Source of the DNA: the human T2T-CHM13v2.0 reference genome, Homo sapiens
DNA length: 64,000 bases
NCBI RefSeq assembly: GCF_009914755.1
Contig: NC_060937.1
Strand: one strand, 5' to 3'
Position 1 is the first letter of the stretch. Each line of letters begins with the position of its first letter. The notes under the pieces were generated by a model that saw only the letters and a program-made list of their open reading frames with translations, was not told the DNA's origin and made no database searches. Below, piece after piece: positions 26,808 to 43,861 of this stretch. The position numbers were made by a program, and so were the translations under genes.

Positions 26808-27105
26808 GGCTGGGTGCAGTGGCTCACACCTGTAATCCCAGCACTTTGGGAGGCCACAGTGGGTAGATTACTTGAGGCCAGGAGTTTGAGACCAGCTTGG
26901 GCAACATGGTAAAACCCCATTTCTACTAAAAATACAAAAATGTGCTGGGTGTGGTGGTGCACGCCTGTAGTCCCAGCTTCCTGGGAGGCTGAGGCACGAG
27001 AATTGCCAGAACCCAGGAGGTGGAGGTTGCAGTGAGCCAAGATCACACTACTGAACTCCAGCCTGGATGACAGAGTGAGACTCTGGCTCAAAGAAAAAAA
27101 AAAAA
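26808..27105 (+). mobile_element. AluS (Sz-like)
   Basis: Full dimer; TSD ttaaagtcttg on both sides. Confidence 0.95.
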
Positions 27106-27439
27106 TTTAAAGTCTTGCATTTTATCCCAAGCACGATGATTAGGAAACCAAGATGAAGCATCTGACTTGGTATAATATCTGTTAGTAGGTGATGCCAGGT
27201 GACAGAGCTTCTGGTACTGGCCAGGGCAGGGTGGCATTTGTTGAAGGGCAGGGCTGGTGATAGAGTGCCTGTGTGCAGCATGCCCGCATAACCCATCTTT
27301 GTGTGGAAGTGCACCAGTGGCAAATGCCTGGATGACCTTTGAAAAAAAATTCATGATGCATATTTTATTTCCTGTCACAATTATTACTGTTTCTCCTTTT
27401 CTAAAAAAGAAAATTTCTTTATTTGATACTTTTAGTTAC

Positions 27440-29360
<1,921 letters not shown>

Positions 29361-31199
29361 AAATTCTGTTGTTAAAAGAGTAGTATATTTAAAATATATC
29401 TACTTTTTAAAAATTTCAGGGGAAAAAAGAATTTGCAGAGTGTGTTCATTTTTATCAACAATGCAGATAAATATTCATGGCATTTGCGAATAAATTCCAC
29501 AGAAAAATGCAGAATCTTTGCTGAAGAATTTCTCAGTGGCGGCTCATTTTGGTGTATTTCAGTGACTGTGACAATGACAGTCAAGTCATTTGCTGACCTC
29601 ACACCATAAGTGCTGACAAGTCTGAGGGAATATCCCAGTGGGTCACTTCTTAATTTCAAGGCACTACAGATGACACAGATGGTACAAGATTAATTACCTA
29701 AAAACAAAAGAAAATTGTGACCTTCCATTAGTTTCTTCTCTCATTAGTCCATGCACACGGGGCATTTCCTAACCGAATGCAGCTGGGCAGAATTAGGAGG
29801 GAGGGTGTGTTCCTTTATTCAGGAATGTATTCATAGTGGCCCATATGGGGAGTGGGTGTGGGCAGTGCTAAGAGATTCTGAGGAGGAAGGTGGTGGTGTG
29901 GGAGCATCATTGAAGTGGAGCCGTGAAGCAGAGGTAGGATTTTAACAGGTGGAATGGAAAAGGTGGCCTTCCAAGAACGTGTGTGACATAAGCACACACG
30001 CATGTGCAATAGTTTGGTGAAGTGGATATGTGAGGAGAGAGGGGAATGATCAGGTTAGGAGTGATCAGCCCTACATGATCAGAGGTGGGGCCTCCAGCAT
30101 GGGAGACTTACGTATAGGGCTGAGTTTGTTTTGGAAAGGTCACTTCGAGGGGTGGTTGGAGTAGAGTCCATTCAGAAGTCTCTTCATAACCATGACCTTA
30201 TTTGGCCTGTGCTCTGTTGACTGCCCCCAGACAGTTACCATTTACTGAGCAATTCCAGATGCCAAGGTTCATTAGGCACTTCCCATGCAAGAACACTGTG
30301 GAGTCAGCAATCGATCCTGGTCTTACAGGTAAGAAAACTGAGTAACGAGACCAGTTTTCACTGGGTTATGTTTATTGGCAGAGCTGCTATTCAGAGTCTG
30401 GTCTGATAGGATCCAAAGACTTTGCCCTTTCTAACCTATGACACTGTCTTTTACCCACATGTTACATCTGCGCCCCTGCCACCTGCCCACAGTAATACCA
30501 GCCTGACATTGCACGATTTCTGTGAAGTTTCGTGTAATGCAGCTTGCATTATGGTTAATGCACCCCATGCATAATTGAACTGACTTTAAAGAATAAAATA
30601 TAAATACAAACTAAAAGCAGATTTATAAGTATCTAGAGGCAGCTTTTGTGTGGCACAGCATTTAAGGAAAGCCTTTATCTTGTTGTCAGCATATTGCCAC
30701 ATTAGCCAGAGCCAGCCAGATGGGAATGTGGTGGCCCACTTAGGTCCTCTTTAATTGCTCACTATAAATAGCTTAATGATGCCGCCATAAAAGGTCTCTG
30801 ATGTAAGTGAGGGGCTCAGTGTGACCCATATATGTGATGGTTTTCTAGGTGTCTGTGTCTGGGAAAATGGATGGCCGTGTCTGAGATGGTTTTCACTGCT
30901 GAAATGAAAGCTTCATTTGTAAGCCAATCCTTTCTTACTCCCCCTCCCTTCAGATGCCATTGTCTCCCTCATTCCTTTCTGCTGTCATCTATGGGGAGGT
31001 TGAGGTTGACACTTTATCACTCTCACATGCCAGTTAGAATTCCAGCACCCACTTGACCTGGCACCAGGGAGAAGTGCCTGCCTGAGCCAGTCCTGATCTA
31101 AGAGGGGCCACTGCAGGCCTTCATGGCATGCCCCTTTCTGCTTGGACCATCATGGGAACTTTAGACACCTTGCTTTGCTCCAGACATGGATGAATTTTC

Positions 31200-31503
31200 T
31201 TTTTTTAAAAATTTCCAGAAGTTATTGGGACACAGGTGGTATTTGGTTACGTGAGTGAGTTCTTTAGTGGTGATTTGTGAGATTTTGGTGCACCCGTTAC
31301 CCCAGCAGTATCCACAGCACCATATTTGTAGTCTTCTGTCTCTTGCCCCCCCCCATCCTTTCCCCCAAGTCCCCAAAGTCCATTCTGTCATTCTTATGCC
31401 TTTGCGTCCTCATAGCTTAGCTCCCACATACCAGTGAGAACATACAATGTTTGGTTTTCCATTCCTGAGTTACTTCACTTAGAATAATAGTCTCTAATCT
31501 CAT
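31200..31503 (-). mobile_element. L1PB1-like 3' end
   Basis: caggtggtatttggttac...ttctttagtggtgatttgtgagattttggtgcaccc; perfect 20-bp TSD agacatggatgaattttctt at 31182-31201 and 31504-31523. Confidence 0.93.
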
Positions 31504-32029
31504 AGACATGGATGAATTTTCTTGATTCAGTCACAAGATCATTTCCGCCATGGTTGTCACTAGCTTTTTTCAGTCCCCACCCTCACCCTCACTCCTATCC
31601 CCAGCACCGGGTAGGAGTCTCCCTTAAGGTTCTCGCCTGCCACAGGTTGTAGATGGTGCCACATCAGTTCAATAGGGCGGCAGCAACCCAGTGCTCCTTC
31701 TGGTCTACCTGCTCCACCCCCACTGGAGGTTGGCTTCCCACCTTTGTATGAAACATACCAGTAAAACTTGGTTGGCTTCCCCACCAAAGCCTCTTTTTTC
31801 AAAAAGGATAGAATCCTGTAGAATTGGAGATATGAGAGGTCAGGAGGGTTGCACTGAAAGCAGAGGGGGCTACTGGGTAAAGACCATATATAATAAAGAC
31901 CCAAACTTCAGGGGAGTGTGTATAGCTGGAAGAAACAAAAACACCAATGAAACAAACACTGTAACTTGGAGGATTAAAGGGAGATAGAGGGAGTGAGGGA
32001 GCAGTGGGAGGCAGTCCTGGGGAGGTTGT

Positions 32030-32329
32030 ATGGATAAGCTGGTGGGAAGGAAGTGTGGCGGGGACAGAGGGAAGAAGGCTGCCCTAGAGATGGGTGAGCT
32101 GGCGGAAAGGAAGTGTGGCGGGGACAGAGGGAAGAAGGCTGCCCTAGAGATGGGTGAGCTGGTGGAAAGAAAGTGTGATGGCGACAGAGGGAAGAAGGCT
32201 GCCCTCGAGATGGGCGATCTGGTGGGAAGGAAGTGTTGGGGGACAGAGGGAAGAAGGCTGCCCTAGAGATAGGTGAGCTGGCGGGAAGGAAGTGTGGCAG
32301 GGACAGAAGGAAGAAGGCTGCCCTAGAGA
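32030..32329. repeat. Purine-rich minisatellite, 60-bp unit, about 5 copies
   Basis: Unit gagctggtgggaaggaagtgtggcggggacagagggaagaaggctgccctagagatgggt. Confidence 0.97.
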
Positions 32330-32678
32330 AAGAGCAATGCTTTCATAGTCTGGAGCTTGCACCTGCCTTTCCACATGTGCTAAAAGATGTATCACAGTGT
32401 ACAAAGAGCTCTGGACGTGGAGATAATGGTTGGATTCTCACTGGAATAGAAACAACTTGGTACTTTGGCCCATTAGCATGGGTGCTAATCAGTTGGTGTT
32501 AGTGTCTGGTATCCTTTCCCTTTATGAAGAGGTGATCTTTTCCTTACACATAAAAAAATTAATACCAGTGATGACATTTGCCATTCATTCAATACCCATG
32601 TTTCCTTTGCACCATGGTTCTTCTCTCCAAAGTTTATCATAAGTCAGTAAAGCGGGGGATACTTTCCTTATTCTATTA

Positions 32679-33025
32679 CATTTTGGTCTTCTGTATCCCT
32701 TGGTTCCACATTAATGGATTCATCCAACTGTGGATTGAAAATATTCAGAAAAAAGGAGGATTGCATCTATATTGAACATGCACAGACTTTTTTTCTTGTC
32801 ACTCTTTCTTAAATAATACAGAATAACAACTATTTATCTAGCATTTACATTGTGTTGGGTATTACTAGTAATCTAGAGAGGATTTAAAGTATACAGGAAG
32901 ATGTGCTCAGGTTAGATGCAAATACTATGGCATTTTATGTCAGACACTTGAGCACCCACAGATTTTTGTATCTGGAGGGGGGGGTCCTGGGACCAATGCC
33001 CTGTGGATACTGGGAGATGGCTGTA
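32679..33025 (-). mobile_element. MER2, near full length, inside a MIR
   Basis: ctgtatcccttggttccaca...gggtcctgggaccaatgccctgtggatactgggagatggctgta. Confidence 0.9.
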
Positions 33026-34741
33026 TTCAGGTAACTTGCCAAGGCCACAGAGGTGAATTTAGAACTCTCTGATTCTAAACTCACACTCTTTCTTGGGAAC
33101 CACGTCTTTTCTCTCAGAAGCACAGATGTGCATGAACCCTGCAATATGATGCCAGGAATTGGTTCTATTTGCTATGGAATTCAGGAATGTAGCATTCTAT
33201 GTTTTGTGATAGGCATGGGATAGGAGACATGTGACAAAACTGTAAGGTGGACCTTTAATGAATTACTAGCCTAGACACCTTGAAAAACCACATGCCTGGG
33301 GCATGGTCTCCGAGCACAGCCATTTTTTTCTGAAATGAACAGGTGCTGCAACCCGTTGTGCTGGAATTGTCAGCGTTGGCTGTGCTCTAACAGTAATAAA
33401 GTAAGAAAAAATGTCCAAGTGCTTATTAGGCATCTGAATTTAACTTGTGCCTCCTGCTTAATTAGCATAGTAGTTTGGAATCCTCAGCTCCCAGCCTATC
33501 TGTGATCTCCGGCTGCCCCGGATAGTGGGTTTGTAGAGCCACCAGGCGGAGGGCGTTTTCCCAGCTGTCTGTACTTGGCGTGGGCTGCCTGTTTTCCCGC
33601 AAGCCTACTGCTTGCTTGATTTATCTTTATTAACGTAAAATGAATCTATAAGTACGGTGGCACTGCATGCTATTTAAGATCATTTATATCCAACTTCAGC
33701 TAACTGAAGATGGTGAGGAAAATATAAGTAAGCCTAAAGGATGTTGGAGCAGCCTAAATTGATGTTGGGAAATTTGTATATGAAGTGAAGAGTCTGTTAT
33801 TCTTAGTCTGTTTACTATTGTTTAAAAATATCTCCAAAAGATTTGACTGTCTGGTGTCTCAGGCTGCACGCTGGTAAAAGTAGCAGATTAAAAGGTGTGG
33901 AAATTCTCTGGAGGCAGCCACATTGACAAGAGCTAGAAGTAGAAAATGGAACAGGCAATTACAGGAACTTCCAAAATTGGGTCAACAGGTCCCATTTAAC
34001 ATGACAGCAAATGGAAGAGTGCGCATCACATAGCAAACTCCAAGTGAATCTTTTGGAATAAAGAAAGCTGTAGCTGTGGATGTTTGCATCGTTGAGCTTG
34101 TCAGCAAGGTTAAATTCATTTCAGTGGCCTGTGTTTCAGAAGGATAAGGCAATGCATAATTCACTTTAAAGCTATGTGTATATTTAATATTTAACAAATT
34201 TTTAAAAAATTAGTATTTAAAAAAACAAGCTGGACTTCTGCTTCTGGGAAGAGGGTAGGCTTCTGAGAATATAAGTGAATACTCCTAGGCAGACCAGCTA
34301 GAGACCTCAGGACTTGAGGAGGAACACAGTGGTGGGGGTCCCTGGGCTTGCTTCTTGCCTCATCTGTCTCAGAGTGGGAGCAGAAGCAGCTGGTAACCCA
34401 GAAGAGCCCATGGATACAGAGGAAAAAGCCCCAACAACAGCCGGCTTTCTCTAGCCAGAAGACCAGGAAAGGAGCAGTTCAGTAAGACAGGAAACTTCTC
34501 TGATCACCTCTCGACTCCAGCTGAACACCACGGAAAAAGTGTGCCGCCACTTCCACCTGTGCCGGTGAATGTCACATGGAGAGCCTAGGCTCCCCATCTT
34601 CTGAGACTGTAATGACCCACTGCAGTGGTGTCAGAGAAGGCCCAGTGGAGAGGCAGGACTTCATCACCCCAGTAGCAATGAGGTCGCATACCCCTTCCAT
34701 GGTTCAGTGGAAGCCATATGGGGAGCCTGGACTTCTAGCCC

Positions 34742-35145
34742 TGTGTTAGTCTGTTTGCATGGCTATAAACTGGGTAATTTATAAAGAAAGAGGTTTGTAT
34801 GGCTCATGGTCTGCAGGCTGTACACAAAGTATAGTGTCAGCGTCTGCTTTTGGTGAGGGCCTCAGGAAGCTTCCACTCATGGCAGAAGATGAAGGGGAGC
34901 TGGTGAGTCACATGGTGAGAGAGGGAGCAGGAGGGAGAAAGAGGAGGTGCCAGGCAATTTTAAACAACCAGATTCCAAGTGAACTCATAGAGTGAGAACC
35001 CACTCATTATTGCTAGGTCAGGACCAAGCCATTCATGAGGGATCTGTCCCCATGACTCAAACACCTGCCACTAGGCCTACCTCCAACATTGGAGGGTACA
35101 TTTCAACATGGGATTTGGAGGGGACAAAACGTCCAAACCGTATCA
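34742..35145 (-). mobile_element. MSTB-like MaLR solo LTR
   Basis: tgtgttagtctgtttgcat...ggtgagggcctcaggaagcttccactcatggcagaag...atttggaggggacaaaacgtccaaaccgtatca. Confidence 0.9.
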
Positions 35146-35424
35146 CACCACCTGTCAGTAATGTGATGGTGCAGCCCCCTTCCCCATTTCTTCTGCCAGA
35201 GCATTATCAGTTTAAAGGAGTCAGCATCTCATAACAAATAACATAATATGCAAAATGTCCAGTTTTCAATAAAGAAGAATTTGTCATACCAAAAACCAGG
35301 AAAATCTCAAAGCTAATGAGAAAAGACAATCAATAGATACCGATATTGAGGTGACAAGTGTTAGAACTATCTGACAAAGATTTTAAAACAGCCATTATAA
35401 AATTGCTTCAATAACACACAAAAA

Positions 35425-36165
35425 AATGCTCAATGCCATTAGGAAAATGCAAATCAAAACCACAATTAAATACCACATCACACCCACTAGGATGGCTATA
35501 ATAAAAAAGACAGGTGATAAGAATGTTGGCAAGGATATGGAAAAGTTAGAACCCCCATAAATTGCTTGTGGGATTATAAAATGGTACAAAGAATTTGGAA
35601 AGCAATTTGGTGGTTCTTCAAAAAGTTAGATATAGAGTTATCATATGACTCAGTAATTTTAGTCCTAGGTATATATCCAAGAGTGTGAAAACATACATGC
35701 ACACAAAAATTTGTACACAGATGTTCATAGTATTGTTCATAACATTCAAAAGTAGAAACAATACAAGTGCATACACAATATATCCTCATACAATTGAATG
35801 TTATTCAGCCATAAAAAATGAGGTATTCATTCATACTATAACATGGATGGATTTTGAAAACATTATGCTGAGTAAAAGAAGCCAGACACAGAAGGTCACA
35901 TGTTGTATGATTCCACTCAAACATGAAATGTCTAGAATAGGCAAATCTATAAAGACAGAAAATAGATTAGTGGTTTCCAGGGACTGGGGAGAAAGGGAGA
36001 TGAGGAGTGACTGGTGATGGGTATGGGGTTTTATATTGTGATACAAATGTTCTGGCATTAGGTAGTGGTAGTTGTTGCACAACTTTGTGAATATACTGAA
36101 AACCGCTGAATCATATACTTCAAAAGGATGAATTCTATGGTGTGTGAATTATATCTCAATAAATA
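35425..36165 (+). mobile_element. L1MB 3' fragment
   Basis: cattaggaaaatgcaaatcaaaaccaca...gttgcacaactttgtgaatatact...gtgtgaattatatctcaataaa. Confidence 0.88.
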
Positions 36166-38360
36166 TACACAATGTTTCAAAAGGAAATTACAGGCACACT
36201 TGAAAAAAACGAAAGTCTCCACAAAGAAATGGATGATATAAAGAAAAACCAAATGGACATTGTAGAACTGAAAAATATAATAAATAACTCAATGGATGGG
36301 CTCAACAGAGGAATGGAGGAGACAGAGGAGAAAAAATCAGTGAGTTGGAACATAGGATAATAGAAATTATCTAAACAACAGAGAAAATAAATTAACAGAA
36401 CATCAGGAACCTGTGGGACTCTAACAAAAGATTTTTGTTGACATTCATGTCATCAGAATCCTGGAAAATGAGGAGAAAGAGGATGGACTTAAAAATTACT
36501 CAAATAGTGGCTGAAAACTTCCTAAATTTGTTCAAGATAGAAACTTTCAAGAACTTTAAGATTCAAGAAACCGAGAGAATCTGGAACAGGATAAATCCAA
36601 AGAAATCCACACCAGAACATATTCTAATCAAACTTGTGAAAACAAAAGACAAAAAATGTTGAAAGTAGCATCATAGAAATGACACCTTATCTATAGAGGA
36701 AAAACAATTAGAATGACATTGGATTTCTCATCAGAAAGTGTGGAGAGCAGAGCAAAGTGAAACCTAGACACATTCTATTGTACTCCGTTATAATTACTTC
36801 CATCAACTCTTCCTTCCCACCATTTGGCTACAGCTTAAAATTTTAAATGATAAAACCTCTGATTATGAAAATAAAATTTAATTATTGATAAATTGGGATT
36901 AACATAGCTAAAATGCAAATCACTCATAATCCTACCACCTGGAAATTTTGTCAAGTTTTTCATGTGTTTTATATCCAGTCTTTTTATTGTACACTTTACA
37001 AAACTGGGATCATCTAAGATACGTAGTTTTGCAGTGTACCTTTTCATTCAACTTTGGATCATGTGAGTTTTTCCACTTTGTTAAATAGTCTTCTAGGACA
37101 TGATTTTTCATGGTTGCATAACATTCCATACTCTGAGGGTAAAATGATTTATGTTTGGTTATTTTGGTGGTTTGCAAATTCTTGTTATTTTAAATAACAC
37201 TCCCATGTCCATCATTGGTTATCAGTCTTTGGCTGTACCTCTGATTATTTCTTAGGATAGGATTTTGGGAGTAGAATTCTTGGATTGCAGAGAATAAATA
37301 TTTAAAAATCTCTTTCTATACATATATATTTTATATACATATTTATACATATAAAGAGATTTTAAAATATTCTCTATATACATATAAAATGAAGATATTT
37401 AAAAATATCTGAAAAATATACATTTTTCATATATTTTTAACAAATTGTTGTCCTGAAAAATTGTACTAGCTTACATGATGGGAAAAGCGTGTATGTGTAT
37501 ATATATGATTCTTATAAAAATATCAAATGTACTCTTCCACCAGTCAAGTCAAGAGTCTAGATGTGTTTTCATCTCTCTTCTCTCCCCTCTCCCACACTGT
37601 TCCTGGCCCCAACTCCTTGATATTTCCCATATTATAAATTTCTGGAATATTGGTTTTAGAAAGTTCTTACTTTTTTTAATAATAAAATTACCTAGACAAA
37701 TATAAGTTTACTGATATATTGGCTGTATTCTCTCCTGAATTGCAGCCTTCAACCTTTTGCAAGGTTTTTTGTTTTATATATCCTCTAGGTATATCTTTAA
37801 CATAGCTTTGTAGATGGCAGGTCACTCTGAGGAATTAGTGGAAATGAAGTTTCTTTAAAAGAAAACAGAAAAGCCAGTTTCCTGTTTGCAGCTGGTGTAT
37901 GCCATTGGCCATCCTAGCTCCTGAAACTCTCAAGATTCTTTTGTAACCTTTTTTAGGTCTCCTTTGCCTCAGTCTTAGATTCATTATTATTTTGTGGGCT
38001 TAGTAAACCAAGATTTGGGAAGGTTACAGAGTCCTCTCTACCCAGGACTTGTTCTGGGTGTCTCAGAGGTGCTGGATTTAGAGCAGTGTGAGAACTTCCA
38101 GAGCCTTGTGGACACTGAGTCTGTGTGGTGCAGTCAGACCAGCCCTGATCAGTGTCACTTTTGGGACTGGTGGGCCAAGCTTGCAGGACAAATGCCCTGA
38201 GAATTCTGATGGGTCCTCTATCCTGCACCATCAGTATCCCCCCTTTCTACTCTATCATTTCCAAACAACTCATAAACATACTGTAATTGAGCCTTCCTTT
38301 CTTTTTTGTAGAAGTTTATATTTCAAAACTCATTCTTTTAATTGAAATAGAGTATCTGCA

Positions 38361-38886
<526 letters not shown>

Positions 38887-38899
38887 TTAAAAACAAAAC

Positions 38900-40351
<1,452 letters not shown>

Positions 40352-41132
40352 CTTTTTTGTGTTTTTAATGCCTGGGTCTTGGGTTAGAAGAACCCTAATG
40401 CCCAAAGTCCCATCCATACCTTGTGGTGATGGCTGGCCTTTCTCGATTGCACATTTCTGAACAGCATCTCTGCGTTCCCGAGCTCAACTCTGCTCATCTT
40501 GGCAGGGTCTCCTGCTGTGCATGTATATCTGATAGTCCCATATGCTCCCTGTTTTGATGGGGCTCCCATTTTAGAAACATGCGGTTTGTGTGCGATTGCT
40601 CCCTTTAGCTGATGAGCAGCGCAGTAATTGCAATCACCCCATGGCATATGTGTGTCACTTTCCATTTTGGTAACATAGTGGAGAGAGTCTCTTGTTTTAA
40701 CCCGTGTTGTCATAATGAAGTTCACACGGATGGTTGTGATTTATGATCTCTCTTCTAGCTCTTCCTGCCAGTGGCACATTTCTTTATAATTTACAAAGTT
40801 CTTTCAATAGCCTCATCGTATTTAGAGCCTCCTGAGGTAGGCAGAAGTGGTAGCAGGTGCCCCATTCAACACAAGGGGAAACTGCGTGGAAACAAGTGGC
40901 CTCTAAGTCACTTGTTTAAGTTCCATTGTTTGTAATCAGTGGGCCTAGATCTTGAATCTCAGTGTTTGGATTCTAAAGGGGGCTTTCTGGCATTTCTCAT
41001 TCCTGTCTACACGGTTTTAGGTGTGCAGTGATTCCTTTAATAGGTTGTAACACTGGTTATGAGAGAGAACTGCCTGGAAGCCTCTTTGTATTGAATGTTA
41101 AGAATTCAGAAATGTGTGCCTGAGCGATTGGT

Positions 41133-41612
41133 TGTATTAGAGCTCTTCAGAGAAAGAATCATGGAGCAAATAGAATGTATACGCTATATATGTATATATG
41201 CATAACATACACATATATACATATATGTGTGTGTGTGTATATATATGATAAGAGAGGTTTATTTTAAGGAATTGGCTCATCAACTGTAGGAACTAGCAAG
41301 TTCAAAACCTGCAGGGTAGGTGAGCAGGTCAGCGACCCAGGAAGGGCTGATACTGCAGCTCAAGTCCCAAGTCAGTCTGGAAGCAGAGTTCCTTCTTCCT
41401 CTGAGGACCTCAATCTTTTTCTCTGAAGGCAGTCAACTGATTGGATGTGGCTCACCCACATTATGGAGCATAATCAGCTTTTCTCAAACTCTACTGATTT
41501 GAATGTTAATCACATCTAAAAAAATACCTTTACAGCAACATCTAGATGGATTTGCCTAAACAACTGGGCACCATGGCCTAGCCAAGCTGATGTATAAAAA
41601 TTAACCATCACA
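41133..41612 (-). mobile_element. MLT2 (MLT2D-like) solo LTR
   Basis: tgtattagagctcttcagaga...ttttaaggaattggctca...aaattaaccatcaca. Confidence 0.9.
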
Positions 41613-42052
41613 CTGGCTAACTAAACAGTGCTCAAAGTGGCATCTTTACAAAGAGATTTCTGGAATATCTGGTAAAAATGAAATGTTTATATTTTCCCTA
41701 CCATTGTTAACCAAATAATAATAGTGAAATAAAGTAATAATGAAAAGCTAGAGCCTTTAATCACGGGGTTATTTTATGATACCCTCCAAATAATACTTAG
41801 CAAATTAAAGATATGACCTCCCCCTCTTTTGCATTAGCACCAACATTGCAAAAAAAATGATTAATTCCTAGGAAATTCTATAGCAGCTTGCAAGAATAGA
41901 TTCTAATTATCATAGCCTTTTATTTTAGAGACTTGTTTAAAGATATTCAGTTTATTTGCACATTCTTTGCTTTGGAAATACTTAGATTTTGCACAAGTTC
42001 TTATTAGATAATTTTCTATTCATGTTTATGCCTAATTCAAGAATTGGCTATC

Positions 42053-42364
42053 GGCTGGGTGCAATGGGTCACACCTCTAATCCAAGCACGTTGTGGGGGC
42101 TGAGGTGGGAGGATGGCTTGAGCCCAGGAGTACAAGACCAGTATGGGCAACATAGTGAGAACCTTTTCTACAAAAAATTAAAAAGCAATTAGCTGGGCAT
42201 AGTGGTACATGTCTGCAGTCCCAGCTACTTAGGAGGCTGAGGCAGGAGGATGGCTTGAACCTAGGAGGTCCATGCTGCAGTGAGCTGTGATGGTGTTACT
42301 GTACTTGAGCCTGGGAGACAAAGTAAGACCCTGTCTCAAAAAAAAAAAAAAAAAAAAAAACAAA
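42053..42364 (+). mobile_element. AluJ
   Basis: ggaggatggcttgagcccaggag; long A tail; diverged TSD aagaattggctat / aagaactgattat. Confidence 0.93.
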
Positions 42365-43861
42365 GAACTGATTATTATTTTTTGAACATTTCTCAAACTG
42401 GGAAGGTTTAGCGTTGCAAACCTGGGCTTATACTCCATGAAAATAATACCCATTTTGAAATATTAAGGAAGTTTACAATTGTACAGTGTTTCTTGATTTG
42501 AGGGATAATCTTCCTCAGAGGAAATTTGTACAAGCTGAATTTATTGAGAATAGTAGCAAATTTTCCCTTGATTAAGTGTGGTAAATGTGAGTATATCCTG
42601 ACCACTGTTACCACGATCTGGCAGTAATAGTACTGCGATAGCAATTTCATACACTGGACATCATTAACTACCTCATGAAACTGCCTACAAGACTTACCAG
42701 GCACTATACTTGCAATGTGTGAGTAAGTTCAAATAAGTTCTTGCCACCTTAATTCCAGCAGGGGGAGGAGTCATATGGAATGGTCAGTAGCATCATTGAA
42801 GATGAGTATTATACAAAATAAATTTAACTTCTTTTGCTTTGAACATGTAGCACACCCTGGGCCTGACTACTATATTAATATTCCTTGTGCACCATTTTAC
42901 TATTTATATTGCCGGGGGGAGAGGCATTTCTGAAATGATCTACTCATCAGGAACTTTCCAGGAAGGTTAAAATTAACAAAGTGTAATTATAATTTACTGC
43001 ATATTGGACTTACAGTGTGTCTTCTACCCCACCTATATCCCTGTAGTCTTGCCAGTAAGAAGAAATAAAAAAGCTCTGGTCTGTTAAGAGACTCTTGATT
43101 TACCCAACAGAGAACGTGCTGTAGGAACTAAAGCATCTGTGCTGTTATTGTCATCATCATTGTCATGGAAAAGCTTCTATCAAGTTGTTGGAGGCCATTC
43201 TGAATGTTATTCACCAAAAGTACTGTCTGCTTGGGTCATAGCATTAGACACTGGTGTCAGTGGAGGCAGGATCTTGATTTAGAGCTCCGTGGCCCTTCTC
43301 ATTTCCCCCTTCTCAAGTCAGCCACCTCACACACACATGCCCTTGTTACCCAGATGACATGATCTGTGCAAAAATTCATCATCCCTGGAAGAAGTAGCCC
43401 AGCATATGTTCCAGGAGCCATGAGTCTGTGTATATAGAGAGAGCCATTTGTTTCATATGGAGTATATGGCTGTAGTTCCTGTGTGTTATAAATATCACAT
43501 AAAAACATGTATGAACGTGAAAATGTTGGAGATGTGGACAGAACTACACCCTGTTATTATTTCAATAGCGTTTATTTTTATAGTTCTTTAAATATTGTTT
43601 ACACAATTGAAACATGCAATAGATAAAAATTATTCATGATGTCACCATTCAGAGATATACCTGCTAACATTAGACTGCAATACCTTCCAGTCTCTCCAAT
43701 TTGCCTTTTGCTGCATGACTGTATAGAAAGTATCTGCAGTAGTGATTCTGATTTTTTGAGGTATCATTGTGTCTCATTTTTTTCATAAAAGTTAGTTTTA
43801 AAAATTTATTTTTAACGTTTGCATTTTTTAAATTATTTGGATGAACCAAAATATATTTCAT

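Larger units (their letters stand above)
34233..36760 (+). mobile_element. Old L1M 5'UTR/ORF1 region, interrupted by MST and L1MB
   Basis: gacttctgcttctgggaaga start; ORF1-like RINPKKSTPEHILIKLVKTKDK in ORF 36435-36662. Confidence 0.65.

Noticed and set aside
30320-30335. ttacagGTAAGA as a recursive splice site
   Set aside because: It lies in a MIR-like sequence and lacks a pyrimidine tract.
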